Origin: Anaerohalosphaeraceae bacterium
GTDB lineage: Bacteria; Planctomycetota; Phycisphaerae; Sedimentisphaerales; Anaerohalosphaeraceae
Reading direction: 5' to 3'
DNA: 64,000 nt
Assembly: GCA_963675525.2 (NCBI GenBank)
Contig: CAXXSL010000013.1
Coordinates: forward strand, 608,001 to 672,000
Both the position numbers and the translations under genes were made by a program. The notes under the pieces were generated by a model. The model searched no databases and was not told the origin of the DNA. It saw only the letters and a program-made list of their open reading frames with translations. Below are positions 19,045 to 29,207 of this stretch, piece by piece. The stretch's first letter is position 1. Each line of letters begins with the position of its first letter.

Positions 19045-20643
19045 ATGACCGTAACCCTAACAATGACAATTTTAGTGAGGGAAATCATGAAAGGTATTCT
19101 GTGTGGTCTTATTCTGGCGATAATTCTATCCGGTTGTACTGCATCGCTGCAGGCCGATATTGCGTCCAAAACCAGCACATATTACGTTAATAGCCAAAAT
19201 GGCAACGATGACAATCCCGGAACAATTCGGGGAAAGGCCTGGGCCAGCTTAGATAAGGTCAACTCCATCGTTTTTCAGCCGGGAGATATAATTCTTTTCA
19301 AAGCCGGCAGTGTCTATACCGGCCAACTCAAACCACAGGGCTCCGGCAAGGAAGGTGCCCCGATCATCATTGACATGTATGGTGTTGGAAACAAGCCGCG
19401 GATTGACGGTAAGGGATTACATGTTGATACGGTTCTGCTGGAAAATGTCCAATACTGGGAAGTGAATAATCTCGAAATCACAAATACCGCTCCGCAGCGT
19501 TTGAAATGGCAAACGGGTGTAAAAGTTTTTTCAAACAGTTTCGGCACCATGCATCATATCCGGTTGAAAAATCTTTATGTTCATGACGTCAACGGGCATT
19601 TGGAGAAATCGGCCGAGGGCTGCGGCATTTTTGCCTTGTCTGACGGCAAGGAACCCTCACGTTTTGATGGTTTGCTGATCGAAGATTGTCACGTTGTTCG
19701 TACGGATCGCAACGGCATCTGCATGAAAAGCGAATTCGTCGACCGCTCGGGCAACTGGTTTCCGAGCTTAAATGTTGTCATTCGGGGTAATGTTGTCGAA
19801 GACTGCGGCGGCGACGGCATCAAACCGTGGGGCGTAGACGGCTGTCTTGTTGAGTATAACGTTGTCAATGGTGCACGGATGCGCTGCCCGGGATATGCTG
19901 CGGGAATCTGGCCGTGGAGCAGTGATAACGCAATTTTCCAGTACAACGAAGCCTGTAACGTAAAAGGAACAAAAGACGGACAGGGATTTGATTCAGACTA
20001 TAATTCCAAAAACACTATCTTCCAGTACAACTACAGCCATGATAATGACGGCGGATTTATGCTGGTCTGCTCGCAACCGCTCGAACCGTATAATTGCGGT
20101 AATATCGACACCATTGTTCGGTACAACATCAGCCAAAATGACGGTGCCCGCATCTTTCAGATTACCGGAGAACTGGACGGCACATACATTTATAACAATG
20201 TGATTTATGTTAAAGAGGGGATCGACGTCCCGATGATCTTGTTTGATAACTGGGGCAAGAAGCTGCCGAAGAGAACTTATTTCTACAACAATGTCTTTTA
20301 CGCGGACGGAAAAGTGAATTATTTGTGTACAACAAACGAAGGTCGACGGCCTCTGGACACTGAGTACATGAAAGCACAGGATGTTGTTTTCTCCAATAAC
20401 GTTTTCTATGGTAATCATGTCGATCCGCCGCATGATCCTCATGCCATTACGGATGATCCGATGCTGGTCAATCCCGGCAGCGGCAGCGATGGAATAAACT
20501 CTGTCGATGGGTATAAACTGAAAGCCGGATCACCCTGTATCGGTGCAGGAAAAACGATCGACAACGGCGGTTTCCTCGATTACTGGGGCAATGAACTCAA
20601 AGGCAACAGACCCGACATCGGTGCGCATGCGTTTTCAGATTAA
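19045..20643 (+). CDS. Secreted or lipoprotein right-handed beta-helix (pectin-lyase-like) protein
   Basis: Lipobox-like LSGC (likely start about 19088), YYVNSQNGNDDNPG, DGQGFDSD, FQYNYSHDN, SPCIGAG, PDIGA. Confidence 0.75.
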   Translation: MTVTLTMTILVREIMKGILCGLILAIILSGCTASLQADIASKTSTYYVNSQNGNDDNPGTIRGKAWASLDKVNSIVFQPGDIILFKAGSVYTGQLKPQGSGKEGAPIIIDMYGVGNKPRIDGKGLHVDTVLLENVQYWEVNNLEITNTAPQRLKWQTGVKVFSNSFGTMHHIRLKNLYVHDVNGHLEKSAEGCGIFALSDGKEPSRFDGLLIEDCHVVRTDRNGICMKSEFVDRSGNWFPSLNVVIRGNVVEDCGGDGIKPWGVDGCLVEYNVVNGARMRCPGYAAGIWPWSSDNAIFQYNEACNVKGTKDGQGFDSDYNSKNTIFQYNYSHDNDGGFMLVCSQPLEPYNCGNIDTIVRYNISQNDGARIFQITGELDGTYIYNNVIYVKEGIDVPMILFDNWGKKLPKRTYFYNNVFYADGKVNYLCTTNEGRRPLDTEYMKAQDVVFSNNVFYGNHVDPPHDPHAITDDPMLVNPGSGSDGINSVDGYKLKAGSPCIGAGKTIDNGGFLDYWGNELKGNRPDIGAHAFSD

Positions 20644-20692
20644 CGGTATTACGGGTATTGCGAATCTTTACCGTTTACGTGACGTTTAGCCA

Positions 20693-20741
20693 GGCCCCAA
20701 GAGCGATTCATTCCGTTTTTGGGGCTTTTTTAATGTTTTTC
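20693..20741 (+). terminator. Terminator-like hairpin, similar to 18917-18968
   Basis: GGCCCCAAGAGCGA...CGTTTTTGGGGCT followed by a T run. Confidence 0.65.
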
Positions 20742-20845
20742 ACTCTGGAATTCGTTAAATTTTAAAATATTTAGACGGAAATCCTCACCTCAGTTGTGTT
20801 TATAATGAAGGATGATCATTCTTACGAAAAGCCGGCGAGGTATCG

Positions 20846-21385
20846 ATGCTCGAAGACAAATTGCTCTTATGGAAATTTAAGCGAGGCTCAGGCGAGGCTC
20901 TCGAAAAGATTTATGATAAATACGAGACCTACCTGATAACCGTTGCGACAGCTCTTTTAAATAACACGCAGACGGCCGAAGATGTGCTCCATGATGTCTT
21001 TGTCTCGTTTGTACAGTCGGCGGACCGCATCAAGCTTGACGGCAGTCTAAAGGCTTATTTAGCCGTTTGTGTTGCTAACAGTGCCCGTAATCATCTCAAG
21101 CGACGGCAACGGGAGCCGGCATCGATGGATGACAACGACCCGGTCGACGCTGCCGGTCCGGGCCCGGAGTTATCGGCGATCCAGAAAGAGCAAACGGCGA
21201 TTTTGAATCGGGTCATGGCACAGCTTCCATACGAGCAGCGAGAAGTGGTCGTTCTTCACCTGCAGGGCAATATGAAGTTTACGGAAATCGCCAAATTAAG
21301 AAGTACTTCTGCTAATACGATCCAAAGCCGGTACCGCTATGGGTTGGAAAAATTAAGGTCACTTTTAAACAGCGAGGTGATATGA
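20846..21385 (+). CDS. ECF RNA polymerase sigma factor (copy 2)
   Basis: Close paralog of 17050-17595 (MLEDKLL, AEDVLHDVF, DGSLKAYL, TIQSRYRYGL). Confidence 0.9.
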   Translation: MLEDKLLLWKFKRGSGEALEKIYDKYETYLITVATALLNNTQTAEDVLHDVFVSFVQSADRIKLDGSLKAYLAVCVANSARNHLKRRQREPASMDDNDPVDAAGPGPELSAIQKEQTAILNRVMAQLPYEQREVVVLHLQGNMKFTEIAKLRSTSANTIQSRYRYGLEKLRSLLNSEVI

Positions 21386-22617
21386 GAAAATCGCTTAAAG
21401 ATATTCAAAAGATCGTTACAGAATTTACTATCAAACCCACATCAGAGATGCGAAGCAAGGTGCTCGATGAAGCCTTGGAACTTCAAAAAAATCGAAAGCA
21501 GCCAAGCACCTCTGATACCGATAGATGGAGAATTATCATGAAAAACAGAACAACAAAGTATGCCGCAGCAGCATTGATCATGGTTGCGGTTTTAATCGGG
21601 TTCAATGTGCTGACCCCCGCACCTGCATGGGCGATCGAACAAACCATCGAAGCACTCCGGGAAATCAAAGGTGTCTATTTGTCCGGGGTCGTGTATTATC
21701 CGGGTCACCCCAAAGAAACGTTTGAAATGTGGGCACGACCACACAGTGAGAATTCATCCGTCTCAGGTGATTTCAGACTGCAGGAAGGTGAAAATCACAT
21801 TTGTGTTGCGTCAGAGACCCAAAACCTCACTTTCGTATACACTCAAAATCCGGAGCAGGGTGTCGTTTATGTCACCGAAGGGCTGAACAGACGCTGCGAT
21901 ACATTTCCAACGGGTGACCTATTCGGCCAATTTAAAGAAATGGCAACCAACTGGAACGAAGAATATGGCAAGGACCCGGAAACCGGCAGGGACTGCGTAT
22001 TTGTCACATTTGAAGGCCCTGCGGTCAATACCGCACGCTACTGGCTGCTTCAGTTTGACCTGGAAACTAAACTTCCGGTGCATGTCAGTGTGTGGTTCAG
22101 CAGTGATTATTCAGGGCAGCCGCATTTCGACTTCACAACGATCACCTACGATCCTGAAATGGGCGAAGATCTATTCGCGTTTGACATTCCGCAGGAGGCA
22201 CAAGTTGTTGACTGCCGCGAGGTTCGCCAGATGCTTGATGAAAGCCCGGACTGTGGAATCGAAGTTGAAAACCTTAGTATCGAGGATGCCTGTAAAAAAG
22301 TAGCACAAGAATACTGGCAGGCGGTTATTGACCGGGATGTGTCAAAGATACAGCATATCAGACCTTTAGCTGTCGGCAGTGAGTGGGACCGATTGTCCGT
22401 GAGCTACGAAACAAACAAACCGGTTATGCTGATGAATATCCCGGACATGAACCATCTGAATGACCCGGGGACTTTTGCCGAGGTGACCTGTATTCTCACA
22501 ACCCAGGAAGGTAAGACAGCAAAAAGCACTTTGAATATTGAAATCAGGCAAACGAACCGAGGGAAAATCGGTGTCGTCGCGGGCGTCGTAGGCCCTGAGT
22601 TAAACATTGTGAATTAA
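21382..22617 (+). CDS. Putative membrane-anchored anti-sigma factor (copy 2)
   Basis: Overlaps the sigma stop. TM helix plus AWAIEQTIEAL...GVYLSG; paralog of 17592-18860. Confidence 0.6.
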   Translation: MRKSLKDIQKIVTEFTIKPTSEMRSKVLDEALELQKNRKQPSTSDTDRWRIIMKNRTTKYAAAALIMVAVLIGFNVLTPAPAWAIEQTIEALREIKGVYLSGVVYYPGHPKETFEMWARPHSENSSVSGDFRLQEGENHICVASETQNLTFVYTQNPEQGVVYVTEGLNRRCDTFPTGDLFGQFKEMATNWNEEYGKDPETGRDCVFVTFEGPAVNTARYWLLQFDLETKLPVHVSVWFSSDYSGQPHFDFTTITYDPEMGEDLFAFDIPQEAQVVDCREVRQMLDESPDCGIEVENLSIEDACKKVAQEYWQAVIDRDVSKIQHIRPLAVGSEWDRLSVSYETNKPVMLMNIPDMNHLNDPGTFAEVTCILTTQEGKTAKSTLNIEIRQTNRGKIGVVAGVVGPELNIVN

Positions 22618-22646
22618 TGTCTATCTAAACGAATTAAAATGCTGCT

Positions 22647-22677
22647 AAAGGCCGGGCTGTTTAGTCCGGCCTTTTTT
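22647..22677. terminator. Terminator between convergent genes
   Basis: AAAGGCCGGGCT-GTTT-AGTCCGGCCTTTTTT. Confidence 0.75.
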
Positions 22678-22686
22678 ATTATTTCA

Positions 22687-23250
22687 TCAACCGCATTCGT
22701 GATAACGGAAGCAGCGGGTCAGGTGGTCGTTGACCAGGCCCGCTGACTGCATGAAGGCGTAGCAGATGGTGGAGCCGACGAATTTGAAGCCGCGTTTTTT
22801 CATCGCCTTGCTCATCGCATCCGACTCGGGACTTGTGGCGGGAATATCTTTGAGGGTTTTCCACTTGTTGCGAATGGGTTTTCCATTGACGAATTGCCAG
22901 AGATACGCATCGAACGAACCGAACTCGGCCTGAATATCCAGAACGCACTGGGCATTCGTTACGGCGGATGCAACTTTGAGGCGGTTGCGGACGATGCCGG
23001 GGTTGTTGAGAAGGGATTCAATTTTTCGCTGGTTGTAAAGGGCAATTTTAGCCGGATCGAAGTTGTCAAACGCCTTACGGTAGTTTTCACGTTTATGCAG
23101 GATCGTCCGCCAACTTAGCCCGGCCTGGACATTATCCAACAGCAGTAATTCAAACAGCTTGCGGTCATCATGGGCCGGGGTGCCCCACTCGGTATCATGA
23201 TAGTCAAGCATCAACTCATCCTCCCCCGGCCACCCGCAACTGTTCTGCAT
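22687..23250 (-). CDS. tag: DNA-3-methyladenine glycosylase I
   Basis: CGW...YHDTEWG, QAGLSW, GIVRNRLK, FKFVGSTICYAFMQSAGLVNDH. Confidence 0.95.
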   Translation of the reverse strand: MQNSCGWPGEDELMLDYHDTEWGTPAHDDRKLFELLLLDNVQAGLSWRTILHKRENYRKAFDNFDPAKIALYNQRKIESLLNNPGIVRNRLKVASAVTNAQCVLDIQAEFGSFDAYLWQFVNGKPIRNKWKTLKDIPATSPESDAMSKAMKKRGFKFVGSTICYAFMQSAGLVNDHLTRCFRYHECG

Positions 23251-23280
23251 AAATCATTCCCTCAATATCAAATACAAATT

Positions 23281-23574
23281 CTAAATTCCGATACCCAAAA
23301 ACCCTAATAAAATACGGACTACAAAAGTCACAAAAATCAAAGGAAACAAACCAAACCGGATAAAATCTTTTCCGGCTCGCGAATTCCGTGCTTTTTTGGA
23401 AATCAATATTGCGACGTTCAGTATCCAATGCGCAATAGTCAGGAAAGCTGTTATCATAAATAAAACTCCCCCATCCAGAATAATACTGGAAAAGACCAAG
23501 AATAACAGATCCAGAATTACCCCCGTATAAATCGCCTCCTTCAGGCTCAGAACAGCTTTTTCGCGTGCAGGCAT
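23281..23574 (-). CDS. Small hypothetical membrane protein
   Basis: Three hydrophobic segments; in line with neighbouring genes. Confidence 0.55.
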   Translation of the reverse strand: MPAREKAVLSLKEAIYTGVILDLLFLVFSSIILDGGVLFMITAFLTIAHWILNVAILISKKARNSRAGKDFIRFGLFPLIFVTFVVRILLGFLGIGI

Positions 23575-23623
23575 TATTCAATCCTTCAATTCATATGCTT
23601 TAAAAACAGTCTCAATAAATCTT

Positions 23624-25027
23624 TTAAAACTGAAAATAGACAAACGGATGAAAGCCCCTGGCCCTGAACAAGATCATGATCCAGATCAGGGTAAACAGGA
23701 TAAAGGGCGTATACCATTTATCCGCCGGCAGTTGGAACCATTTTCGATATTGACTGCCGCCGATATAATGAATGACCACTAATAAGGGCAGTATGATCAC
23801 GGCCCGGGCTGAAATCCATAGGACGTTTTCGTTCCACACCGGAACATACAACATTTTTGAAAAAATCCCCCAGGCATCCGCAAAGGTTTGGGATCGAAAG
23901 AAAACCCAGGCAAAAATCACCACCAGCATCGTATAAAGCCATCCTCCGAATCGCCGTAACGGGCTTTTACCTTCCATGCGTCCATCGACGCCGAGCCGCT
24001 TTTCAATAACCAGAGCGATACCGTGGATGCCCCCCCAGAACACAAATGTCCATGCCGCACCGTGCCACAGTCCGCCCAAAACCATCGTCACCATCACGTT
24101 AATATAGGTGCGAACCGTTCCCTTCCGGTTGCCGCCCAGCGGAATATAGAGATAATCGCGCAGCCAGCTGGACAAGGAAATATGCCATTTCTTCCAGAAC
24201 ATGGTCAGTGAGGTGGATGTGTAGGGATGGTCGAAGTTTTCATCGAAATCATAGCCCATCATCCGTGCCATCCCGATCGCCATGTCGCTGTAGCCGGAAA
24301 AGTCACAATAAATCTGCCCCGTATATGCAAGAACGCCGATCCATACTGTGACGCCGTCAAGGACTTCGAAATTGCCGAAGACATAATCAGACACTAAAGC
24401 CAGGTGATCGGCAAACATGACTTTTTTGAACATCCCGAAAATAAACTGGCGAAATCCCAGGAAAAACCGTTCGGCCGTCAGCCTGCGGTATTCTCTCAGT
24501 TGCGGCAGCAGACTGGAAGCCCTGACAATGGGACCGGCCACCAGTTGCGGGAAAAACCCGACATAGAGCGCAAAGTCAAAAATATTATCGCACACCTGAA
24601 TCTTTTTTCGGTAGACATCAATTGTGTACGACAGTGTCTGGAAGGTATAAAAAGAAATTCCGACAGGCAGGATAATATTGAGCGTTTGTACATGAAAACC
24701 ACATGGCTCGAGGAAGGTCTGCATTGACTCGATGAAAAAGTTGAAATATTTAAAAAAGCCGAGTACACCGAGGTTCGCAACAAGGCTGATCACCAGCAGC
24801 AATTTTCGTTGGGCGATACGGCTGGTGTGTTTTAATCCCTGGCCGACACAGAAATCAACAAGGGTGGAAAAAAGCAGCAGCCCGCAAAATCGCCAGTCCC
24901 AGTAGGCATAGAAATAATAACTGGCAGCAAGCAACATGAACTTTCGATAGCGATTGCTCCGGATGGCTGCCAGCAATACCAACACAGCCGCAAAAAAGAT
25001 AATGAATATAAGCTTTGAAAACAGCAT
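23624..25027 (-). CDS. MBOAT family O-acyltransferase (AlgI-like)
   Basis: LPVGISFYTFQ, FFPQLVAGPI, YCDFSGYSDMAIG, WHISLSSWLRDYLYIPLGGNR, GLWHGA, FVYFQF. Confidence 0.93.
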   Translation of the reverse strand: MLFSKLIFIIFFAAVLVLLAAIRSNRYRKFMLLAASYYFYAYWDWRFCGLLLFSTLVDFCVGQGLKHTSRIAQRKLLLVISLVANLGVLGFFKYFNFFIESMQTFLEPCGFHVQTLNIILPVGISFYTFQTLSYTIDVYRKKIQVCDNIFDFALYVGFFPQLVAGPIVRASSLLPQLREYRRLTAERFFLGFRQFIFGMFKKVMFADHLALVSDYVFGNFEVLDGVTVWIGVLAYTGQIYCDFSGYSDMAIGMARMMGYDFDENFDHPYTSTSLTMFWKKWHISLSSWLRDYLYIPLGGNRKGTVRTYINVMVTMVLGGLWHGAAWTFVFWGGIHGIALVIEKRLGVDGRMEGKSPLRRFGGWLYTMLVVIFAWVFFRSQTFADAWGIFSKMLYVPVWNENVLWISARAVIILPLLVVIHYIGGSQYRKWFQLPADKWYTPFILFTLIWIMILFRARGFHPFVYFQF

Positions 25028-25030
25028 GTG

Positions 25031-26104
25031 TTATTGTTTTCCCCCATCACCGGTTATTGATGAGTTATCTGAAAAGTACTCGATCATAGAATCGGCAATA
25101 ATGCGATGCCCCGTTTGATTCCAATGCCCCGCCCCGGGATAAGTCCATGCAAATCCTTTAGGGAATTCTCCCGTTTCATCGAAATGGGCTAAAAAGTCGT
25201 TCCGCAAGTCGATGACGTCGACATTGCATTCTCTGGCGACACGAATAAATCCATCGAGAATCTGAGCGTTTGTAATCGTCCTTTTTATGCTCCCCGCTTC
25301 GATCCTCGGAACGGTTTCTTTGATCGCGATGACCACACGCCGCTGCTCGGCGGAAGCCAATGCGGTATCGATCAGGGTTTTCCAAAAAACATCATACGCG
25401 TGCTTATTTTCACTGTTAACCGGTTGATTTGAACGAGGTGATCTTTGGTGAACCGGGCCGGGTCGAAAGCGAATATCATCCATCGCATCTTTCGACCGCT
25501 TCAGCAACTCCCAGAGAAAATTTGCTTTTGCTTCATAGAGGCATTTCCTGAGATCGTGAAGGGGTCTTGGTCTGGGTTTATAAACAAATTCCGGCGGGTC
25601 CAGCTTTTGCGTGATGCCGTTGGGCAAGATGTCGTCAACACCGAGAAACAAGACATACGTATCAACCTGGGAAAATACGTTCGGAATGGTTTTCATGAGT
25701 TCAAAATAGACCGGACAATCCCGCCCCGAAAAGCCGTAAGCAATCGCATATCGCTGATTGGTAATATCCCGGTTATAAAGATTATAAAAATTTTTGCCGA
25801 GAGCAACCTGTCCGGCCTGGACATATGAATCCCCAAAAAAGCATACTTGCGGAGTCGATCCCGCCGGTATCGTTTCCAATCCCTGTGCTCCGTGGGCATT
25901 AAATTGTGTCCTGCCGGCCCCTTCTTGCCATTCGATCTGGGCAGTTCCCGGGGCATGAATCATGATATTCAGTTGGGTGTCGAATTGCCACAAGTCCGGA
26001 AGTGACAAGACAAGGGTGCCGACCAGCCAGATCAGAACGATCGATAAACCGAAACCGCAACACCACCGCAGCAATATCTTCTTAAGTCGGCTATCGTATA
26101 ACAT
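25031..26104 (-). CDS. SGNH-like protein (partner of the MBOAT gene)
   Basis: N-terminal TM, FGDSY block I, GHWNQTGH block V; directly upstream of MBOAT. Confidence 0.7.
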   Translation of the reverse strand: MLYDSRLKKILLRWCCGFGLSIVLIWLVGTLVLSLPDLWQFDTQLNIMIHAPGTAQIEWQEGAGRTQFNAHGAQGLETIPAGSTPQVCFFGDSYVQAGQVALGKNFYNLYNRDITNQRYAIAYGFSGRDCPVYFELMKTIPNVFSQVDTYVLFLGVDDILPNGITQKLDPPEFVYKPRPRPLHDLRKCLYEAKANFLWELLKRSKDAMDDIRFRPGPVHQRSPRSNQPVNSENKHAYDVFWKTLIDTALASAEQRRVVIAIKETVPRIEAGSIKRTITNAQILDGFIRVARECNVDVIDLRNDFLAHFDETGEFPKGFAWTYPGAGHWNQTGHRIIADSMIEYFSDNSSITGDGGKQ

Positions 26105-26107
26105 TGG

Positions 26108-26398
26108 TCAAACCCGGTGCATCATCTTGAAGATGTTTTCGTGCTGGAAAGTGATGTTCAGGTCCATCTCTTTGCCGAGTTTGCCTAGCTGTTTGTGCAG
26201 TTTGTCCATGTCCGCGGTGGCATCGGTAATATCGCAGGCCATTGTCATCACGAAGTACTTTTCCATAATGCGCTGGCTGACGTCGATGATGTTCACGTTG
26301 GCCTTGGCCATGATCGCACTGATCTTTGCGATGATGCCGACTTTGTCGATGCCGGTCACGGTCACAATACAGACCTGCCGGGTTTTCTGCTTTGCCAT
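26108..26398 (-). CDS. ACT domain protein (UPF0237-like)
   Basis: VTVTGIDKVGIIAKIS...NVNIIDVSQ...QHENIFKMMHRV. Confidence 0.88.
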   Translation of the reverse strand: MAKQKTRQVCIVTVTGIDKVGIIAKISAIMAKANVNIIDVSQRIMEKYFVMTMACDITDATADMDKLHKQLGKLGKEMDLNITFQHENIFKMMHRV

Positions 26399-26564
26399 AT
26401 TTTCGGTCCTTAAGTTTTCAGTCCTTAGTCTTTAGGGAATTACTCTCAGACACGGATTATCGCAGATGAAGGGGGATTCTCAAGAAAAATTTCAGAATTG
26501 ACAACTCCGCATAAATCTGATTTCATCTAAGCTGATGAAACTTAGTTTTCAAAGGGGAACCATC

Positions 26565-29132
26565 ATGAAACAGCGTATTCAAACAGCCGTATTTGTCCTT
26601 CTGGCCCTTGCTGCCGTGGCTACAACAGCCGAAATGGCCCCGTTTGTCATTCCGGCAGATGTAAATCCGGACTCGCAAATCGCGATGAATTGGCAGCCAT
26701 TAAGTAAAAATGACCGATTACATGCAAAAACACATTTCTCCAATGAATCGGGGCAGCGTGTTCGCCTGTGGGGAGTTAATCTGTCTTTTGCGGCTAATTT
26801 CCCAACGCACGAAGACGCTGAACGTATCGCCAAACGCATGGCGGCCTTCGGCATCAATACCGTCCGGTGCCACCACATGGATACCGCCAACTGGCCGCGC
26901 GGTATTTGGGCCCAAAACGGCAAAGACCTGCACCCGGAAGCAATGGACCGGCTGGACTATTTTATCGACCAGTTGGCGAAACACGGTATCTATACGAATA
27001 TGAACCTGCATGTCGGCAAAAAATTCAGTGCCGGCATGGATATTCCCGAATCGGCTCGTGAATTCGACAAGATGGTTGATATTTTCACGCCGGAACTGAT
27101 CGACGCACAAAAAGACTACGCCCGCAGGCTGCTGACACATAAAAACCCCTATCGAAACAATATCAGTTACGCCGAAGATTTTGCCGTAGCAATCGTGGAG
27201 ATCACCAACGAAGACAGCCTGTTTATGTGGGATGCGGAAAACACGCTGCGAACACTGCCTGACTTTTATGCCAACCTGCTACAGAAACAATACAATGCCT
27301 ACCTCAAACAAAAATACGGTACCCATGAAGTGCTTCGTTTGACTTGGCTGCCGGAAACAGAGCGGTTGGGTGAGAATATTTTAAAAAATCCGACGCTGAC
27401 AAGTCCTAACCTGAACACTGCCTCATGGAATCTTGAACAGCACAATGACTGCCGGGCACTATTGAAAGCCAAAGGTTATAACGGCAAACGCGCGCTCGGC
27501 ATTAATCCGGCTAAAACTGACGGAACCGGCTGGCATTTGCAATTCAATCAGGGGCAATTAAATCTGGAAAAAGACAGGGTCTATACGGTTGAGTTTGATG
27601 CTGCCGCCGGCGAATCACGGCTATTAAGCGTCGGCGTTCTCCAGGCACACGACCCGTGGCAGAACCTTGGGCTTTCACAATCGGTCACACTGGAGTCGGA
27701 CTGGAAAACGTATCGCATGAATTTTGTCTCGACAGACAATGACTCAAACGGACGCCTGAGCTTTTATTTCGGCAACGAAGACAAGCCGTTTTATCTGGCC
27801 AATGTTAAACTGTGTCCGGGCGTCGAGTATATTCTGAATAAAGGCGAATCGCTGGATGATGGAACCGTCGAACTGTTCGGCCAAACCGAATCCAAGCAAC
27901 GGCAGATGGACCGAATGATTTTTCTGGCAGAAACGGAAAAGGCCTATTTTGACGACATGCGAAACTTTATCAAAAACGACCTTAACTGCAAAGCCATGGT
28001 TACCGGCACCATTGTGTTCGGGCCGCTGGCCTTATATGCCCAGAGCGATATGGATTTCATCGACGGACACGCCTACTGGCAGCACCCGCAGTTTCCCAAT
28101 CGCTCATGGGATCCCGCTGACTGGTTGATCGAGCAAAAGGCAATGAGCAATCATCCGGATGGAGCGACGTTATATCGGCTTGCAGCCGAACGCCTGTACG
28201 GCAAGCCCTTTACCGTCACGGAATACAACCACCCCGCTCCGTTGGATGCGCAGGCCGAGTGTGTGCCGATGATCGCCTCGTTCGCGGCGGCGCAGGACTG
28301 GGACAGTGTGTGGCTGTATACCTACTCTCACAGCAACGATGCCTGGGGCCGGGAACATCTGAACAGTTTCTTTGACATCGATACCAATCCGGCCAAGTGG
28401 GGTTTCATGCCCGCCGGAGCTGCCATATTTCGGGATGCAACCTTACAGCCTTTCAGGGAAATAACTATTTCGCAGCTTCGATATGAAAATCAGAACCTGA
28501 TGGATTCCCTTGCGGATTTTCAAATCAAACATGATCGTAACCTGACAGCCTCGCTCAGCGCAACGGACAAGACAAACATGGCGACAGCAGTTTACCTGAC
28601 ACTTCAGCAAACCCCGAAAACTCAACCCATACGAACCGGCGGCAGGTTCTCCGTAAAAGCTGACCTTCTTTGGAATGTCGTCAATGACCAGGGTCTGTTT
28701 GTCGTGCGGAACGACCGCTGCTGTGTCCTGACAGGCCATACATCACGATTTTCGGAAATTCGTGAACCCGTTGGAATACAGATTGACAGCCCGGAGACAG
28801 CTACTGTGGCAGTGACTATGTTAGATGAGATGCCGGGCATTGGATTTACAAAGCTTTTAATCACCGCCTGCGGGCGCTGTGAGAATACGGATATGCAGTT
28901 TTCCGAAGACCGCCGCACCGTCGGCACCAACTGGGGCAAGGCACCGGTGCTGATCGAACCGGTCGAAGGGACGATCACTTTGCCGAACTTAGCCGAGGGT
29001 ATCGGATATACCTGTAAAATTCTCAACGCTGACGGAACGATCAAAGACAAGTTTGAAATAACAGACCATACCGTCCCGCTCAAAGCCGAGTACGGCACGA
29101 TGTGGTACCTCATAGAAAGAAATAATCAATAG
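26565..29132 (+). CDS. Secreted clan GH-A (GH5-like) glycoside hydrolase with inserted CBM4/9-like domain
   Basis: RLWGVN, VRCHHMD, EITNEDS (acid/base), HAYWQHP, TVTEYN (nucleophile); CBM-like segment GWHLQFNQ...YTVEF...QAHDPW. Confidence 0.75.
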   Translation: MKQRIQTAVFVLLALAAVATTAEMAPFVIPADVNPDSQIAMNWQPLSKNDRLHAKTHFSNESGQRVRLWGVNLSFAANFPTHEDAERIAKRMAAFGINTVRCHHMDTANWPRGIWAQNGKDLHPEAMDRLDYFIDQLAKHGIYTNMNLHVGKKFSAGMDIPESAREFDKMVDIFTPELIDAQKDYARRLLTHKNPYRNNISYAEDFAVAIVEITNEDSLFMWDAENTLRTLPDFYANLLQKQYNAYLKQKYGTHEVLRLTWLPETERLGENILKNPTLTSPNLNTASWNLEQHNDCRALLKAKGYNGKRALGINPAKTDGTGWHLQFNQGQLNLEKDRVYTVEFDAAAGESRLLSVGVLQAHDPWQNLGLSQSVTLESDWKTYRMNFVSTDNDSNGRLSFYFGNEDKPFYLANVKLCPGVEYILNKGESLDDGTVELFGQTESKQRQMDRMIFLAETEKAYFDDMRNFIKNDLNCKAMVTGTIVFGPLALYAQSDMDFIDGHAYWQHPQFPNRSWDPADWLIEQKAMSNHPDGATLYRLAAERLYGKPFTVTEYNHPAPLDAQAECVPMIASFAAAQDWDSVWLYTYSHSNDAWGREHLNSFFDIDTNPAKWGFMPAGAAIFRDATLQPFREITISQLRYENQNLMDSLADFQIKHDRNLTASLSATDKTNMATAVYLTLQQTPKTQPIRTGGRFSVKADLLWNVVNDQGLFVVRNDRCCVLTGHTSRFSEIREPVGIQIDSPETATVAVTMLDEMPGIGFTKLLITACGRCENTDMQFSEDRRTVGTNWGKAPVLIEPVEGTITLPNLAEGIGYTCKILNADGTIKDKFEITDHTVPLKAEYGTMWYLIERNNQ

Positions 29133-29145
29133 ACAATCGTCAATT

Positions 29146-29180
29146 AAAAAACCCTGTGTGGTTCGCGTCACACAGGGTTT
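29146..29180. terminator. Terminator hairpin, T-run on the minus strand
   Basis: AAAAACCCTGTGTG-GTTCGCGT-CACACAGGGTTT. Confidence 0.75.
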
Positions 29181-29207
29181 GTGCATGAACGGCGCAAAGC
29201 GACCGTT

